Source: Camelus ferus
Lineage: Eukaryota
Reading direction: 5' to 3'
Assembly (NCBI RefSeq): GCF_009834535.1
Contig: NC_045698.1
Location: forward strand, 13,704,001 to 13,768,000
DNA length: 64,000 nt
Shown piece after piece: positions 39,001 to 50,290 of the stretch (position 1 is the stretch's first letter; every line of letters starts with the position of its first letter). The notes beneath the pieces are model-generated. The model was given only the letters and a program-made list of their open reading frames with translations. It was not told the DNA's origin and searched no databases. Made by a program: the position numbers and the translations under genes.

Positions 39001-39656
39001 TGCTGTAATCAACATGTCATGCTGCTGTTTTTAAGTTTTTCTCTTCCACATAGACTTTTCCTTTGACCCTCAGTCCCACTTATCTGAATTCCTCCTTGAG
39101 ATCTCCATGTGGTTGTCTCTCATGTGTCGTTAACATGTACTAGGTAGAAATCCTGAATTATCTCCCCAAATCCATTCCTCCTTGAATACCATGTATTTGA
39201 AAATTGTGCCAGAATTTATTCAAGTATTCAGGCAAGAAATGTTGGAGTCATTTTGCACTCTCCTTTCTCTCTCTCAGTTATTATATCCAAACCTGAATAC
39301 TTCTATATTAAAAACCATTTCATAAAATCTTCAATATGTCCACTTTTCCTGCTCTCTATTGTCACTGCACTGATTGTTCTTTGTATGGGTTATCGAAATA
39401 GCCTCCTAACATCTCCCCTGATGCCTTGACCCTTCCGATCCATTCTCCACAGAGCGACTGGAATAACACTTTTACGTTAAGAATCACATAATGCTATTTT
39501 CAACATAAATGAATTCCCACAGCATTTAGACTAAAATGTGGGCTCTGTTCCATTTGCCACTTGCATCTCATCTCAATAGCACTCTCTTCAATTCCATTAC
39601 AATCCAGGCAAACAGTCTCAAGTTACTCCCACATGCCAAACTTTTGCTCATTATTT

Positions 39657-40058
39657 TGTTACCCCAGAGGGGAAAAGCCTCGGTTCTTGTCTCCCTGAAA
39701 GAGAAGATTTCAGATGGGAGACCACAGCATTGTGCAGAAAACGGTTTTAAAGATTTTATTAGCAAAGCGAAAGTACATCTCCAAGAGTAGGAGACAGGCT
39801 GATCCAACAGAGAAAGGCAGCCCAGGTCTTCCTTAGTCCCCTGTCTTGTACCTGCAATTAGTGAAATGTCAGTGGCGGTAGCTTTCCAGATCTATCACCA
39901 GCAGTAACAATTAACAAGCTTGTACATAAACTTATTCTGTAATTGTACACATCTGTGCCAAACCACCATGAGCTGCCCCATCACTTCCACTTCCTATGAA
40001 CTACTGGCGGATTCAGTCCTTCTCTTTTCTCTAAGCCCTGTGATATCTCTTCTCATCA
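39657..40058 (-). mobile_element. ERV solo LTR (lineage-specific, family uncertain)
   Basis: Begins tgttacccc and ends near ctcatca; minus-strand AATAAA (ttttattag) near 39775; breaks L2 colinearity. Confidence 0.6.
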
Positions 40059-40294
40059 TTTGTAAGTTGAAGGGGGATCTCCTTTCTTTTAGGTTAATTA
40101 GTTAATTAACTAATTAGAGAGGCACTGCTATGCCTATGAATTCCTCTCCCCTAATGGCTGAGACATTTTGTCACACAAAACACTTGATCCCACTGGTACA
40201 AAGACGTTTCAACAGCAGGACTAAATGTGCCCCCAGGGAGATGATGACAATTACTTTTACTTAGACTAACTAAAGGCTATTGCCGGTACCATCA

Positions 40295-40970
40295 CAGCAG
40301 AAAGACACCATTAATCAGACAACGTAATTGTTGCTGAGTCCAAGATTGTACTGCTTGCTGCAGGACAAGCCAATAAATTGAGGGATGAAGTGTTGGGACA
40401 AGGAATGATGACTTTATTCGGAAAGACATCAGATTGAGAAGATGGTGGACTAGTGTCTCAAAGAACCATCTTAACTCAGTTCGAATTCAGGCTTCTTTTA
40501 TACTAAAGGGTGAGAGGATGTGGCTGGTTGTTGCAAACTTCTTGGTGCTGGTCAGAGCCTGGAGCGGATGTGGATGTGATAATCTTTTGTTCTTACAGCT
40601 GTCCGTGTAAGTCTGATCATGATATTCCTGTAAACTCCCAAGAAGACAAATTCTATTTTCTATTCTGCAACTTTTTATTTCTATGTGAATCAAAAAGTGT
40701 TATGGCTTTACAGGTCAAACCTGGGAGGCAGAGCATTGAGAATGGACTCTTATGTATATTTCAGGCTACAGGCAACATTCTTTTACAAAGGGGCAGAGCC
40801 AACACGATTAAGCACGGGCCACAGAAAACACAGTTTGGAGCTTAAGGGATAGATCCAATAAGGAGTCAGGTTTGTTCTTCTCTGTTACATTGTCATTTCA
40901 GGGATGTTAAAATACAAAAAAAAAAAAAATGTGCATTTTAGGGTCAGAAAAATAAAGGATATCTTGTTGA
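40295..40970 (-). mobile_element. MER104-like TcMar-Tc2 remnant split by the MER41-like LTR
   Basis: aagacaccattaat | atttcagggatgttaaaat...aaaatgtgcattttag...aaaata matches the recalled MER104 end on either side of the LTR. Confidence 0.45.
40329..40889 (-). mobile_element. MER41-like ERV1 solo LTR, same family as 31656-32165
   Basis: Reverse complement shares blocks with the 31.7-kb copy: gaagaacaa.ctgactcc, ataaaaagttgcagaa, gacagctgtaagaacaaa, caccaagaagtttgcaacaac, aagatggttct. Confidence 0.9.
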
Positions 40971-41040
40971 CATTTTTCATTTGCCAACTCTGTGTAGACT
41001 GAAAGCTGCATGAGGCTGGGTCTATTCTGTTCCCTGCCTT

Positions 41041-41455
41041 TGAGACAGGCTGGGGCCTGGGATCCTTTACCCCAGTGCTTGCACCTGCTCCTGGACAAGT
41101 GTCTCCTCAAGCAGCAATACAAAGGCAGTAAAAAGAGCTGCATGCCTGCATGCACAATAGAGGCAACTGTGAATAATAAGATACAAAAAGGCCACAAACC
41201 AATAGCCACGTCTCAGGTGCCGGGAGCAAAAGCAGGGTACTGAGCATGATCCTGCACATAGCACCACCAAGGCGGTGGGCAGACCACCTAAGCCTCCCCT
41301 CCTGCCCCTCCCAGGGACCTACCTCTACCCTCACCCCATTTAAGGAACCAGCCTTGTGCTGCAGCATGAGTCCCAGTAAAGCCTTGCCTGAATTTCTCTT
41401 GTGGCCTTTTATCAATTTTATTGATTAAAGAGCCCCAAGATGCTGACCGTTCACA
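41041..41455 (+). mobile_element. ERV1-type solo LTR inserted in the L2 3' end
   Basis: tgagacaggctgggg...ttcaca; TSD cctt/tctt; CCAAT (aaccaatag), TATA-like tttaagg, polyA-like agtaaa. Confidence 0.82.
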
Positions 41456-43610
41456 TCTTGAACCACAGGCCTAGAGTAGTGCCTGCCGCATACTAACTGT
41501 TCCACGTACATTTGTTGAATGAGTGTATAAATGAGTTTATATAGTGGAAAAACCCCTACAAATTGCTGGTTTATTTTGTCTCAAGATTAGCAAAAAGCAC
41601 TTACTAAAGTAAAACCACTTCGAACATAGGTTTCCTGATCTTCTTATATAAAATTTAAATTTTTAGTGATAAGGATTTAATATGAAAACCAAATACTTAA
41701 GTTCTCTCTCCTTTTTGTATTTATAATATTGAAAATATTTATTTATAATTATATTTTATAGTCAAAGATTGCCAAATTATCAAGTATTATATATAATAAA
41801 GTACCACATACACACACACACACGACTACATGGCTGTATTTGACTGTAAAATATACTTTTTTATATATTTAGATACTAGATTAAAAGACGCAAAGAAAAA
41901 CAGGTTTATAATTCCATTAAACATGTATATTTCCATCAAAAAGTGGACATTTAACGGCTAATTTTTAATGTTATAAAGATTTTTACCTTATCAAACTACC
42001 AGAGACATCTCAAAATTCTGCTCTTCCCCGTAACTATCTTTGCAAACTGGAAGAATCTAGTCATATCATATAAAGGAGTCAAAAACAGTATGAAGACAAT
42101 TTTTTTTTCCAGAAAATGTTTGCGAATGTTTTGTGATTTCAATACATTGCTTTCTATTTAAAACTCTAATGGTTGTAGGCTTTGTTTAAAATAATTGGCA
42201 GTTATAATTTTACAACCTTTGAGGAGTGGGGACATCTCACATAAAGATGTGTTTCGCTATGTGCTTAATGATACATCTCTCATCTCACAGAAGAGAAACG
42301 GCAGGATGTTACCCCGACAACGTCACAGCTGTTTCAAATTCCCTTACTTACTTGGCTCCCAGCTTTTATAGCTTGTGCAGCTGTCAGCAGCAATGGCTTT
42401 TTCTTTGTTAGGCAAGGATATGTCTAAACTTATAATTAGACCTCAGTTATGAAAATGTAACTAGTTAATCATAGCTTTCATTAGGGCTTTTTGCATTCCA
42501 AAGGGATGTGAACATAGCCAAAATGGTGGAGCACATCAAACAAAGCTGGCTTAAATCATGTTAGGGTTTATTTTCCAATTCACATAAAAATGTGCAACTT
42601 TACATATGACTCATAATTATCATCTAAACTAATATTTAATATATATAAATTGTCTAAAATTTTTACATCACCTATAACATCGTTGTTTGTTCGATTATTT
42701 TAATTACGTCATTGAGATATGTGTAAACAAAATAATAGTAACAATTTTAACCACAAAACCATCAGAACATTGTCATACTAATATGGAAAATCATACTCAT
42801 ATAAATAAAACTACAAAATAATGAATTATAAAATAAAATAATAATTTAACATAAAGACATGTTGCTTAAAGATAAACCATTGTTTAGTTTCAGGTTGAGT
42901 TAATTAAGCCTAGTCTGAGATATGATTTCTTGATTTTCACTTCTTTTCTCTAATGAATCTTTTGTGAAACTTTCATTAGTGCACCCTGACCTTGTGCAAC
43001 TAGTATTTCATTCATCCCCAAATCTTCATTCATAAATAGCACTGCTCTTTGAAGATGCCAACATAATTTTAAACATGTATCCAAGAGATAAAGGTAAATT
43101 GGCAGTATTTGGTTAAAAGATGGCTACCTAAATCATGTAAAATACACTCAAAGTAATTTTTAAATTATCCTCCAAATAAAAATGTATTGAAACATTTGTA
43201 GATAGCATGTGGGCTCCCAAGAATTTGCCAGCAAGCCACAAGTTTCTTATTTCTACCAGTTTCCCCTGGCCCTGCGTTTTCATTTTATGAGTAGATTAAG
43301 TCCACTGACAATCTACAATTCCTAATCAGGCAGCGTTTCCTTCTAATGTCTAAGAAGCAGGGGTTTTAGACCTAGACTTAAGTTTAATCTAGCGCTGTTA
43401 TTCATACATATACACATTTAATACTCAATGGCCATTTAAATGATCTTATAACAGTTAAATAAGTGGAATTTTTTTAAAAAAAGAAACAATATCATATATC
43501 ACAACACATGTGACTTTACTGTAACAACTAATTTCCAGTTTCTGAATTGGAAATCTGATTTAGAGTTGTAAAATGGCATTCCCTTTTCACACATTTGTTA
43601 GTGAAAGTAT

Positions 43611-44075
43611 TGTCGACTGGAAAAAGTGCGCAAACTAGAAGTGGAGAATTCTGTTTTCTGTGGGGCGTTACTGATGACTACAGCCCCCACGAAGGGCTCT
43701 GAGGGACTGTTCCAAAAAGGTGAGGGAGAAGCCAAGATATACAGGAGTTTTTGCTGAAAAAAAAAAAATGTAGTCAAACATCAAAAGGTTACTGCTGACC
43801 ACCAAAAACAATCATCTCAAGTAAATAATTTTAGTGTTGTTCTATATATGGGAAGATGCAAGAGTCTGGGCTCACTGAAATTTTTCCTTCGATGTGTATC
43901 TTAACAACCTAGGGCCAGTATCCTGTTCTCCATCCTGAATTCCCCTTAGGGTGTGCCATCGGGGCAGGTCCAGAGGCTGACGGCAGATGGCAGGCAACTG
44001 AATTGGCAGGCAATTGAATTAGCAGGCAGTATTCTTTCTTTACCGAAAAGATAGGCAACATTTGTTTTATCCACA
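43611..44075 (-). mobile_element. Cetartiodactyl ERV1-type solo LTR
   Basis: TG...CA ends with perfect 4-bp TSD gtat (43607-43610 / 44076-44079); gctctgagggactg, tatgggaagatgcaagagtctgggctcactgaaat. Confidence 0.88.
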
Positions 44076-44722
44076 GTATTAATTATAAAATATTACAAAA
44101 TGAGTCTGAAAAAGTACTAATCTTGTATAAACTCTTAACAACCAAAATAAAAGATTTGAGAAATCTGAAGACAAAACAAATGTTCTGAAACATAACTAAA
44201 TCAAGATAATTATGGAAGCTAGTAAAAGTTATAAGGACGTGGGTATGTTTTAAGGATGTTGGTCAGATAATTGTCTTCCGAACTTCCTCAAAGTTAACTA
44301 AAATCTTCCACATATATGCAATTTAGTCAGCTGTGTGCTACTCACACAGTAAATTGGACTGATGAAATGTTAAGAATAATCTACTTGCCCTTAAAATATC
44401 CAAGTGAAGTATATATTGGTTGAAATCCTCGAATGAGTAGCCTTAACATCTTTCTGTTTTCCATTTTTCTTTGTGTCGTCATACTTAGAAACGATCAGGT
44501 TTTTAATAGCCATTCTCCTAGTATTAAAGATTGCCATTTAAAAGTAATAATATTCTAAAGGGGCAGGAAGTGTCAAACACCTACGATAACAGGTAAATGA
44601 AGCATGAACAGATACAAATGCGATGATCTTATGCTTCAGTTGAAAACAATATCTAACTTGTTGCTTCCATCTCTTTATTCATTATTACCACCAATTCATA
44701 TCTTAGCAGACCCACTATCTAC

Positions 44723-45514
44723 TGTCAAAGAGAAACAAAGTCTAGCACTGGTTAAAGGTGGCAAGACAGAATTTATTCAGTGCTCCTGCAAAAAGGAAGA
44801 TACCCCAGTGTACCCCGAGCTGAACTCTGATTTGTTCAGAAGTGACTGGGCTTTTTCTAGGGAGAATGAGGGGGTAGGGAGTGGGGAATGAGTCAGCTGA
44901 ATGAGTCAGGAAAGTGCAAAATTACAAAAAAGAAATAGTAAGAGGGTGGCTCACTGTGATGAGACCATCTGTGCGTGCTAACTGGCACTTTAGTAAGATT
45001 CTACCCTCCCACAAAGACTGGGAGGCAGGTGTCCTAGATTTCTTTTTTTTTTTTTAAATCTTTTTTTTTTTTTTGAAGCACTATCAGTTACAATATGTCA
45101 ACTTCTTGTGTACAGCACACTGTCCCAGTCATGCATAGATTTCTTGATGATTATGAGGAATGGCTTCCATGTCCATGAAAAAAAATACTCCTAAATTGTA
45201 AAATATGCATACATATTTAAAGAGAGAAAAAAAGATTTGCAATTGTCGACTTTCTAAAGTAAATGGTCTAAGAAATGATCTAAAAATAAGTTTGAGACCT
45301 ACTGTCAGGTGTTGGAAACTAGATTTTACTGGAACTAACAGTAAATTCTGTTAACAGCCTTAAGCTTACCCAGGCAGAAGCTCACAGGAGGCTGAGTTGT
45401 CCTGGGGACATGGCCTTGGGCTGCTGAAATTCAGGCAAGAGTTTCGTAAAGTCTCTTCGTGAGGGGTAGGCGCTTTGACCAACTCTTTCCTGCCAAGAAT
45501 TTTTGCACTTGTCA
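44723..45514 (-). mobile_element. ERV1 LTR (MER34/LTR39-group-like)
   Basis: TG...CA ends, TSD ctac/ccac, minus-strand AATAAA (tttattc) near 44771; tttctaaagtaaatggtctaagaaa mirrors the motif in the 26.4-kb LTR. Confidence 0.75.
45045..45135 (-). mobile_element. Young camelid-type L1 extreme 3' end (91 bp) with 10-bp TSD
   Basis: Minus strand: tgcatgactgggacagtgtgctgtacacaagaagttgacatattgtaactga...cttc plus polyA; perfect TSD tagatttctt at 45035-45044 and 45136-45145. Confidence 0.9.
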
Positions 45515-45929
45515 CCACTCTATTTATTCCTTTCCCAACCCTGCTGGCTTACCTGCTGGTTTTTAATGAAAATTAAATACTTTCTTTTAGACACAAGAGG
45601 AATTGTTAAAAGTATGCAAAGACAAAGAATGAGAAACCTACTCATATCTAGAGCTATACTGTATAAGATCAACTTCTTCTAAAGGGAGACTTGTTTTTGT
45701 TTGTTCCCCCACGGAGCACCTGCAAACTGAAACTGAAGGGGTAAATGAGAAGAGGGGCTTCCATTAATACATTGACTTTTTGCATATTTGGGAGAATTAT
45801 TTGAATGTCACAGAGTAAATGTAGGGCAAAGTTATGAGAAGAAAATCAATGGCAAGGCACTGAAAGGAGCCAAGGAGAGGGTGAGAAATTAGGTCTCTAC
45901 TGTAGTGTATAGTCAATAGAAAGAAATGT

Positions 45930-46050
45930 ATTCATATATATAAGACTTTATACTGTATATAATGTTTATGTCTTATATATAAATAATATATGTGTATACA
46001 TATACATATACATATATACACACACACATATACATAAATGTATATATTTA
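45930..46050. repeat. TA/CA low-complexity simple repeat
   Basis: tatatataaataatatatgtgtatacatatacatatacatatatacacacacacata. Confidence 0.8.
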
Positions 46051-46249
46051 AATACCTGGTAGGGATACTGTTCAAACACTTTAAGTAACAGGAGGGGTTG
46101 ATAGGCAAATAACTTCTAACAGCCATAATCTTCCTCAAATTGTCATCAAAGTTTTGAGGGGTATTTGTGTATAAGTGCAGACAAAGAGAGAAAAAGATTT
46201 AAGTTTCGTTCAGTCCAGGACCCATGTAGTATAGATGTGTCTATGACCC

Positions 46250-46695
46250 TTGGAATTGATGGCAATCCTTAAATGATCAACTGCAAAAATAATAACCACT
46301 ATTTTTCGGTGGTCTGTAGATTGGCTGTGTGGTTTGGCTAATCTGGACTGGGTCTGGCCCAGCTAGTCTTGCTGTTGTTTCTGGGTGATGGGTTTGGTGG
46401 GAGCTGGTAGTTTGTGCGTCTTGTTGTCTGATGATTCAGCTCTCCTCCTTGTGTCTCTAGTATCCCTCAGCTGGCTGGTCTGGGCTTGCAGACCAGTAAA
46501 GCAGAGAATAAAAGTGCGCAAAGACTCCTGAGACCTAGGTCCAGAATGGTCACAGAGTAACTCTTGCCACATTCCCTTGGTTAAAGGAAGTGAATTCTAT
46601 CTGTTGAGAAGTTGATCCCTTTCTTCATGAAAGTGCAATGTTCTATTTTAAAGGATGTGAAAATCATAAGACCATTTTCAATCAGTTAATCCAAC
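46250..46695 (-). mobile_element. MLT1H-like LTR
   Basis: cagctctcctcc, ggctggtctgggcttg, tgagacctaggtccagaatggtcacag...ctcttgccacattcccttgg, accattttcaatc. Confidence 0.75.
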
Positions 46696-47359
46696 CTGGA
46701 TTAGGAATTGTATCTATTGCTATTATTACCTTAACTGATGCAGACAGTGTTGTCTTGTATTGGGTTTCACATTGATGGCTCAAGAAACATCAACTCTGTT
46801 CATTGACAGAATGTTGCTAGCCTCGAATTATCTGCAGTGGAAGTATTTACATCAAAGAAATAATAAAATGCCATAAATCAAGGCTTTTATTTCCTTATTT
46901 ATTTACACCTGGTTGTTAAATATTTACCAGTATACTATTGGGTTCATCTATTAACAAAAGCCTAAAATATATGGCATAATATTTGGGAGATGAGAGACCA
47001 AAAAAAATGAAATTGGAGTTTGAAAAGTTACAGATTCATGTTGGGAAGTTGAAAAACTGGTAACACTGAAGTCCTCTGAAGCCTCTAGATACTGGTGAAG
47101 AGCTTTCAAACCTGAAAATAATAGTGTGCAGTGACTGTTGTTTGTTACTGAAAAATAGAGATGAGCACAGACAGGAGTTGGCTGGTTTTTGAGCAATAAT
47201 TGAAAAAAACTAGTTTCTAGAGATTGAAGGCCTTATGAGACTGGAATCACTGCCTGTCTCGATCCATTAAACAGTATGGGATAAAATTGAAAAAAAATTT
47301 TTAGGAACAAAGTAAAACTTCTCATTGGGAAGAAGTGACTTAGCTTTGCAGGTCCCAGT

Positions 47360-47810
47360 TGTCCGAGAGTCTGTCCTAAGAGTAAAGTCCAAGCACTTTG
47401 TCACGAAATGCTCTTCATGTTCTGTTTCCTTCTTTCTTTTCTGGTATTATTTTTCCCTTTACTTTAACTTCAGCAATTCCAAGCTAGTTTGAGTAAGTGA
47501 TCTTTTATCATTTCTGGACCTTTGCACTAATAACCCTTCTCTATGGAATTCCACCCATTCAACCACAAACTGCTAAAACATAGTTATTCTGGGGGCTGCA
47601 TTAATTGTCTTCTCCAAAATTATTTTCTGACCATCCATGCATGATTTAGGTAACCTTGTAACATTATAGTGTATTGAATAGTTGTCTTAAATATTTTTGC
47701 CACTAGTTTCAGAGTTCCAGAAAGGCTGGACTTGTGCCAAATTTATTGTTAACTGTAGAGCAGCATATGTACTAGATATTCAGTAAATAGCTGCTAAATT
47801 AAATAATTAA
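47360..47810 (+). mobile_element. Degraded L2 3' region
   Basis: aagagtaaagtccaa, ggacctttgcact, ccactagtttcagagttccagaaaggc, tagatattcagtaaatagctgctaaatt. Confidence 0.55.
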
Positions 47811-47952
47811 AGATAACATACATGAAAGTTTTCAAATATATGTTATCATTTTCCCATTATTTTAGAATAAGAAAAAATACTAATAGTGATTGTATTCTGC
47901 CATTATTTTATAATATAAAAGGAAAAAAGAAACATCAACAATTTATAATTAT

Positions 47953-48996
47953 TGTAAGCCATTGATTAAGTAGTTAGATAAGTGAAGGCACCGGGCAGAT
48001 AGGTGGAGGAGAGGGAGGATGGTCTGGAAGTTGGCGTTATGCTCGCCTTCAGCATAAAGGGACTCTACTTCTAAATGAGTGCCAGCCAAAACACTGGTTA
48101 AAACCTGACAGCCAGGACATCACAGTAGCAGAAAGGACTTAACTGGACAGGACCCAATGTTTATTGTATTATAATTAACATTGTGGTTTAGGCCCCACCC
48201 ACACCCCCCACGCCCCCGCCATGGGCTTTTCTTGTATACATTATGGGTAAGTGAAGGAGAATTAATAAACTGACTAACAAATTTTTGGATTTATGCCTAC
48301 TGCTTGCTTGTAGAACAATCAGCAAACCTGACTGATCAGACACTGCTCCAAGCCCCAGGCCCATTGTTAAAGCTAAAGTTGTTGATACTACTGTTTGATT
48401 TTACCTTATTCTGATAATTACAATCATGTTTGGCATTTGAGTCATTCCCCAGGAAAGGAGGTCATGGACTGATGACCTTCCAGATCACCAGGAGGTTGCA
48501 TGATACCAAACCGACTCATCAAGATTAAGGAGGAAGTTCCATCAGCGACCCTTGCTGATCATGGCCGTCTTTTATGCTCCCACCTGTTGTCATCACCTTT
48601 CATGCTCCAATCTGTTCATCTGTATAATCACTAAGCCCCAACCCCAAGACGGGTTCACAGTTTTGAAGGCACGAGCCTGCTGTGAGTCCCCTTTGCCCGG
48701 CAAAGTAATAAAGCTGTCTCTTTTCTTCTAAGCTTTCAGGTCTTGTCTCTGAATTGTTTGGCTTGTCAGGGATGGACCCAATAATTCAGCAACATAAGGA
48801 CATGCATAGAGGGGCCAAACAGGACTAAGCATTCTAGGGATGAGAGCCACAAATCAATCAAGAGACCACCTCTAAGTGAGGGTGTAAGAGAAGGGGAGAC
48901 AAAAACCACTGCTTTCCCTCCCTTGGATCAGCCCACCTCCCATTCCTGGGGGTGTCCTTGGGGGTGTAATTATGGCCTTTACCTTTTGGGGTAACA
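47953..48996 (+). mobile_element. Outer ERV LTR (boundaries approximate), host of a nested LTR
   Basis: Sharp GC rise relative to AT-rich flanks, candidate TG start and gggtaaca end; no TSD resolved. Confidence 0.55.
48252..48794 (+). mobile_element. Nested ERV1-type solo LTR
   Basis: tgaaggaga...cagcaaca with perfect TSD taag (48248-48251 / 48795-48798); tataat box, tttgcccggcaaagtaataaagc polyA region. Confidence 0.88.
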
Positions 48997-50213
48997 GTTG
49001 CAAACAGATTCAGATTTCAGAAATGGTAAACTTAAAAAAAAAAACGGTTGTTTAGAATCAAGCTGTTATTAATATCAGGACTACTTCCCCCTCCATAAAA
49101 GGAAAGGAATGAGCTTTACTCAACAAATATAGAATCTAATTTTATATGCTCTCCTTTCAAATAAAAGAAAAGCAGTTCATGTTAGAAAATTTAAGTGCTT
49201 ATAGCAACACTGACATAAAAATATTTCAAATCAGAAGTTTATCAAAGATAGTGATAAGCTATCTTTGTAATCATTTATACATTGAAATACATGAAGTATA
49301 TATTACATTCAACCAATCTTAAGTAAATGTTTACATTTCAATGCCATTTTAACAATGAGCAGTTTGAATATTGAATTTTAAATTCATACGTAATACACTG
49401 CTTAAATTCCAATAGATAACAATTAGCAGGTTTTAAAATGCACATTATCAGGTTCTAATGTATTTTCTCTCCTAAATAAATGAATTTGCCCCTACTGCTT
49501 TATCATAATTGAGGTGGGCAGAGGAGAAAAGTTTTGCAGAAATACGAGTTCCCTGTGAGTAGTAGTAATTGAATTCCCGCAGTGAGTCTTCCACAGCAGA
49601 TAACAAATCCATTGGAAATCTGATTCCATAAAGTTAAGCAATATTTGCTGTGATTTTCATATAAAATCCTTGCAATACCCAGCTGCTACTTTTTTATTTA
49701 ATTGTATAATTTGTTTCAGAATGAGTTTTTCTTTCATTTTCCACCCAATGTCAATTCTAAAAGCAGTGCTCTGAGGTACCAACCATGGAGTAAATCCTGT
49801 TCATTTTTAGGCTTTTATTTGCCACACCAAGTCAAGTTGAAGGAAAAAGAAAAGTATGACTGCGTGATAGGATGGCAATATTTATAAAGTATCTATATCT
49901 TATATCACATTCCAAATCATACTGAGGAAATGATTATTGCTTGACATTCAATGGAAATTAAAGAAATTTTCAACAACGTAGAATACTAGTGTTGTTTTGT
50001 CCATTCCGCTGAGAATATACTACAGTCACAAAAGAAGAAAAAAATAGTTAATTTGGAAATATTTTTTGCAAAGGGATCTGAGAATATAATTTTTTAAAAA
50101 TTTGGGGGCATTTTAAAATTAACTTTGGGCAGATTTGATCATTAAAATTAGTTTTTATCTTTTACTAATAGAATATACGTATCACTTTCTAGTATCTATT
50201 TTAAGTAATCCTA

Positions 50214-50290
50214 GTACACACACACACACCCCCCCCAAACACACACACAGACCCTCATAGACATGCAAACACACAACAATACACACACTG
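50214..50290. repeat. Degenerate CA-rich simple repeat
   Basis: acacacacacacacccccccaaacacacacacacag...acacacac. Confidence 0.8.

Larger units (their letters stand above)
38330..41535 (+). mobile_element. Long degraded L2, interrupted by several later insertions
   Basis: Pyrimidine-rich L2 body (ttggagtcattttgcactctcctttctctc, aatagcctcctaac, tccattctccacag) and 3' end (tagactgaaagctgcatgaggc...gcctagagtagtgcctg...atttgttgaatgagt). Confidence 0.7.
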
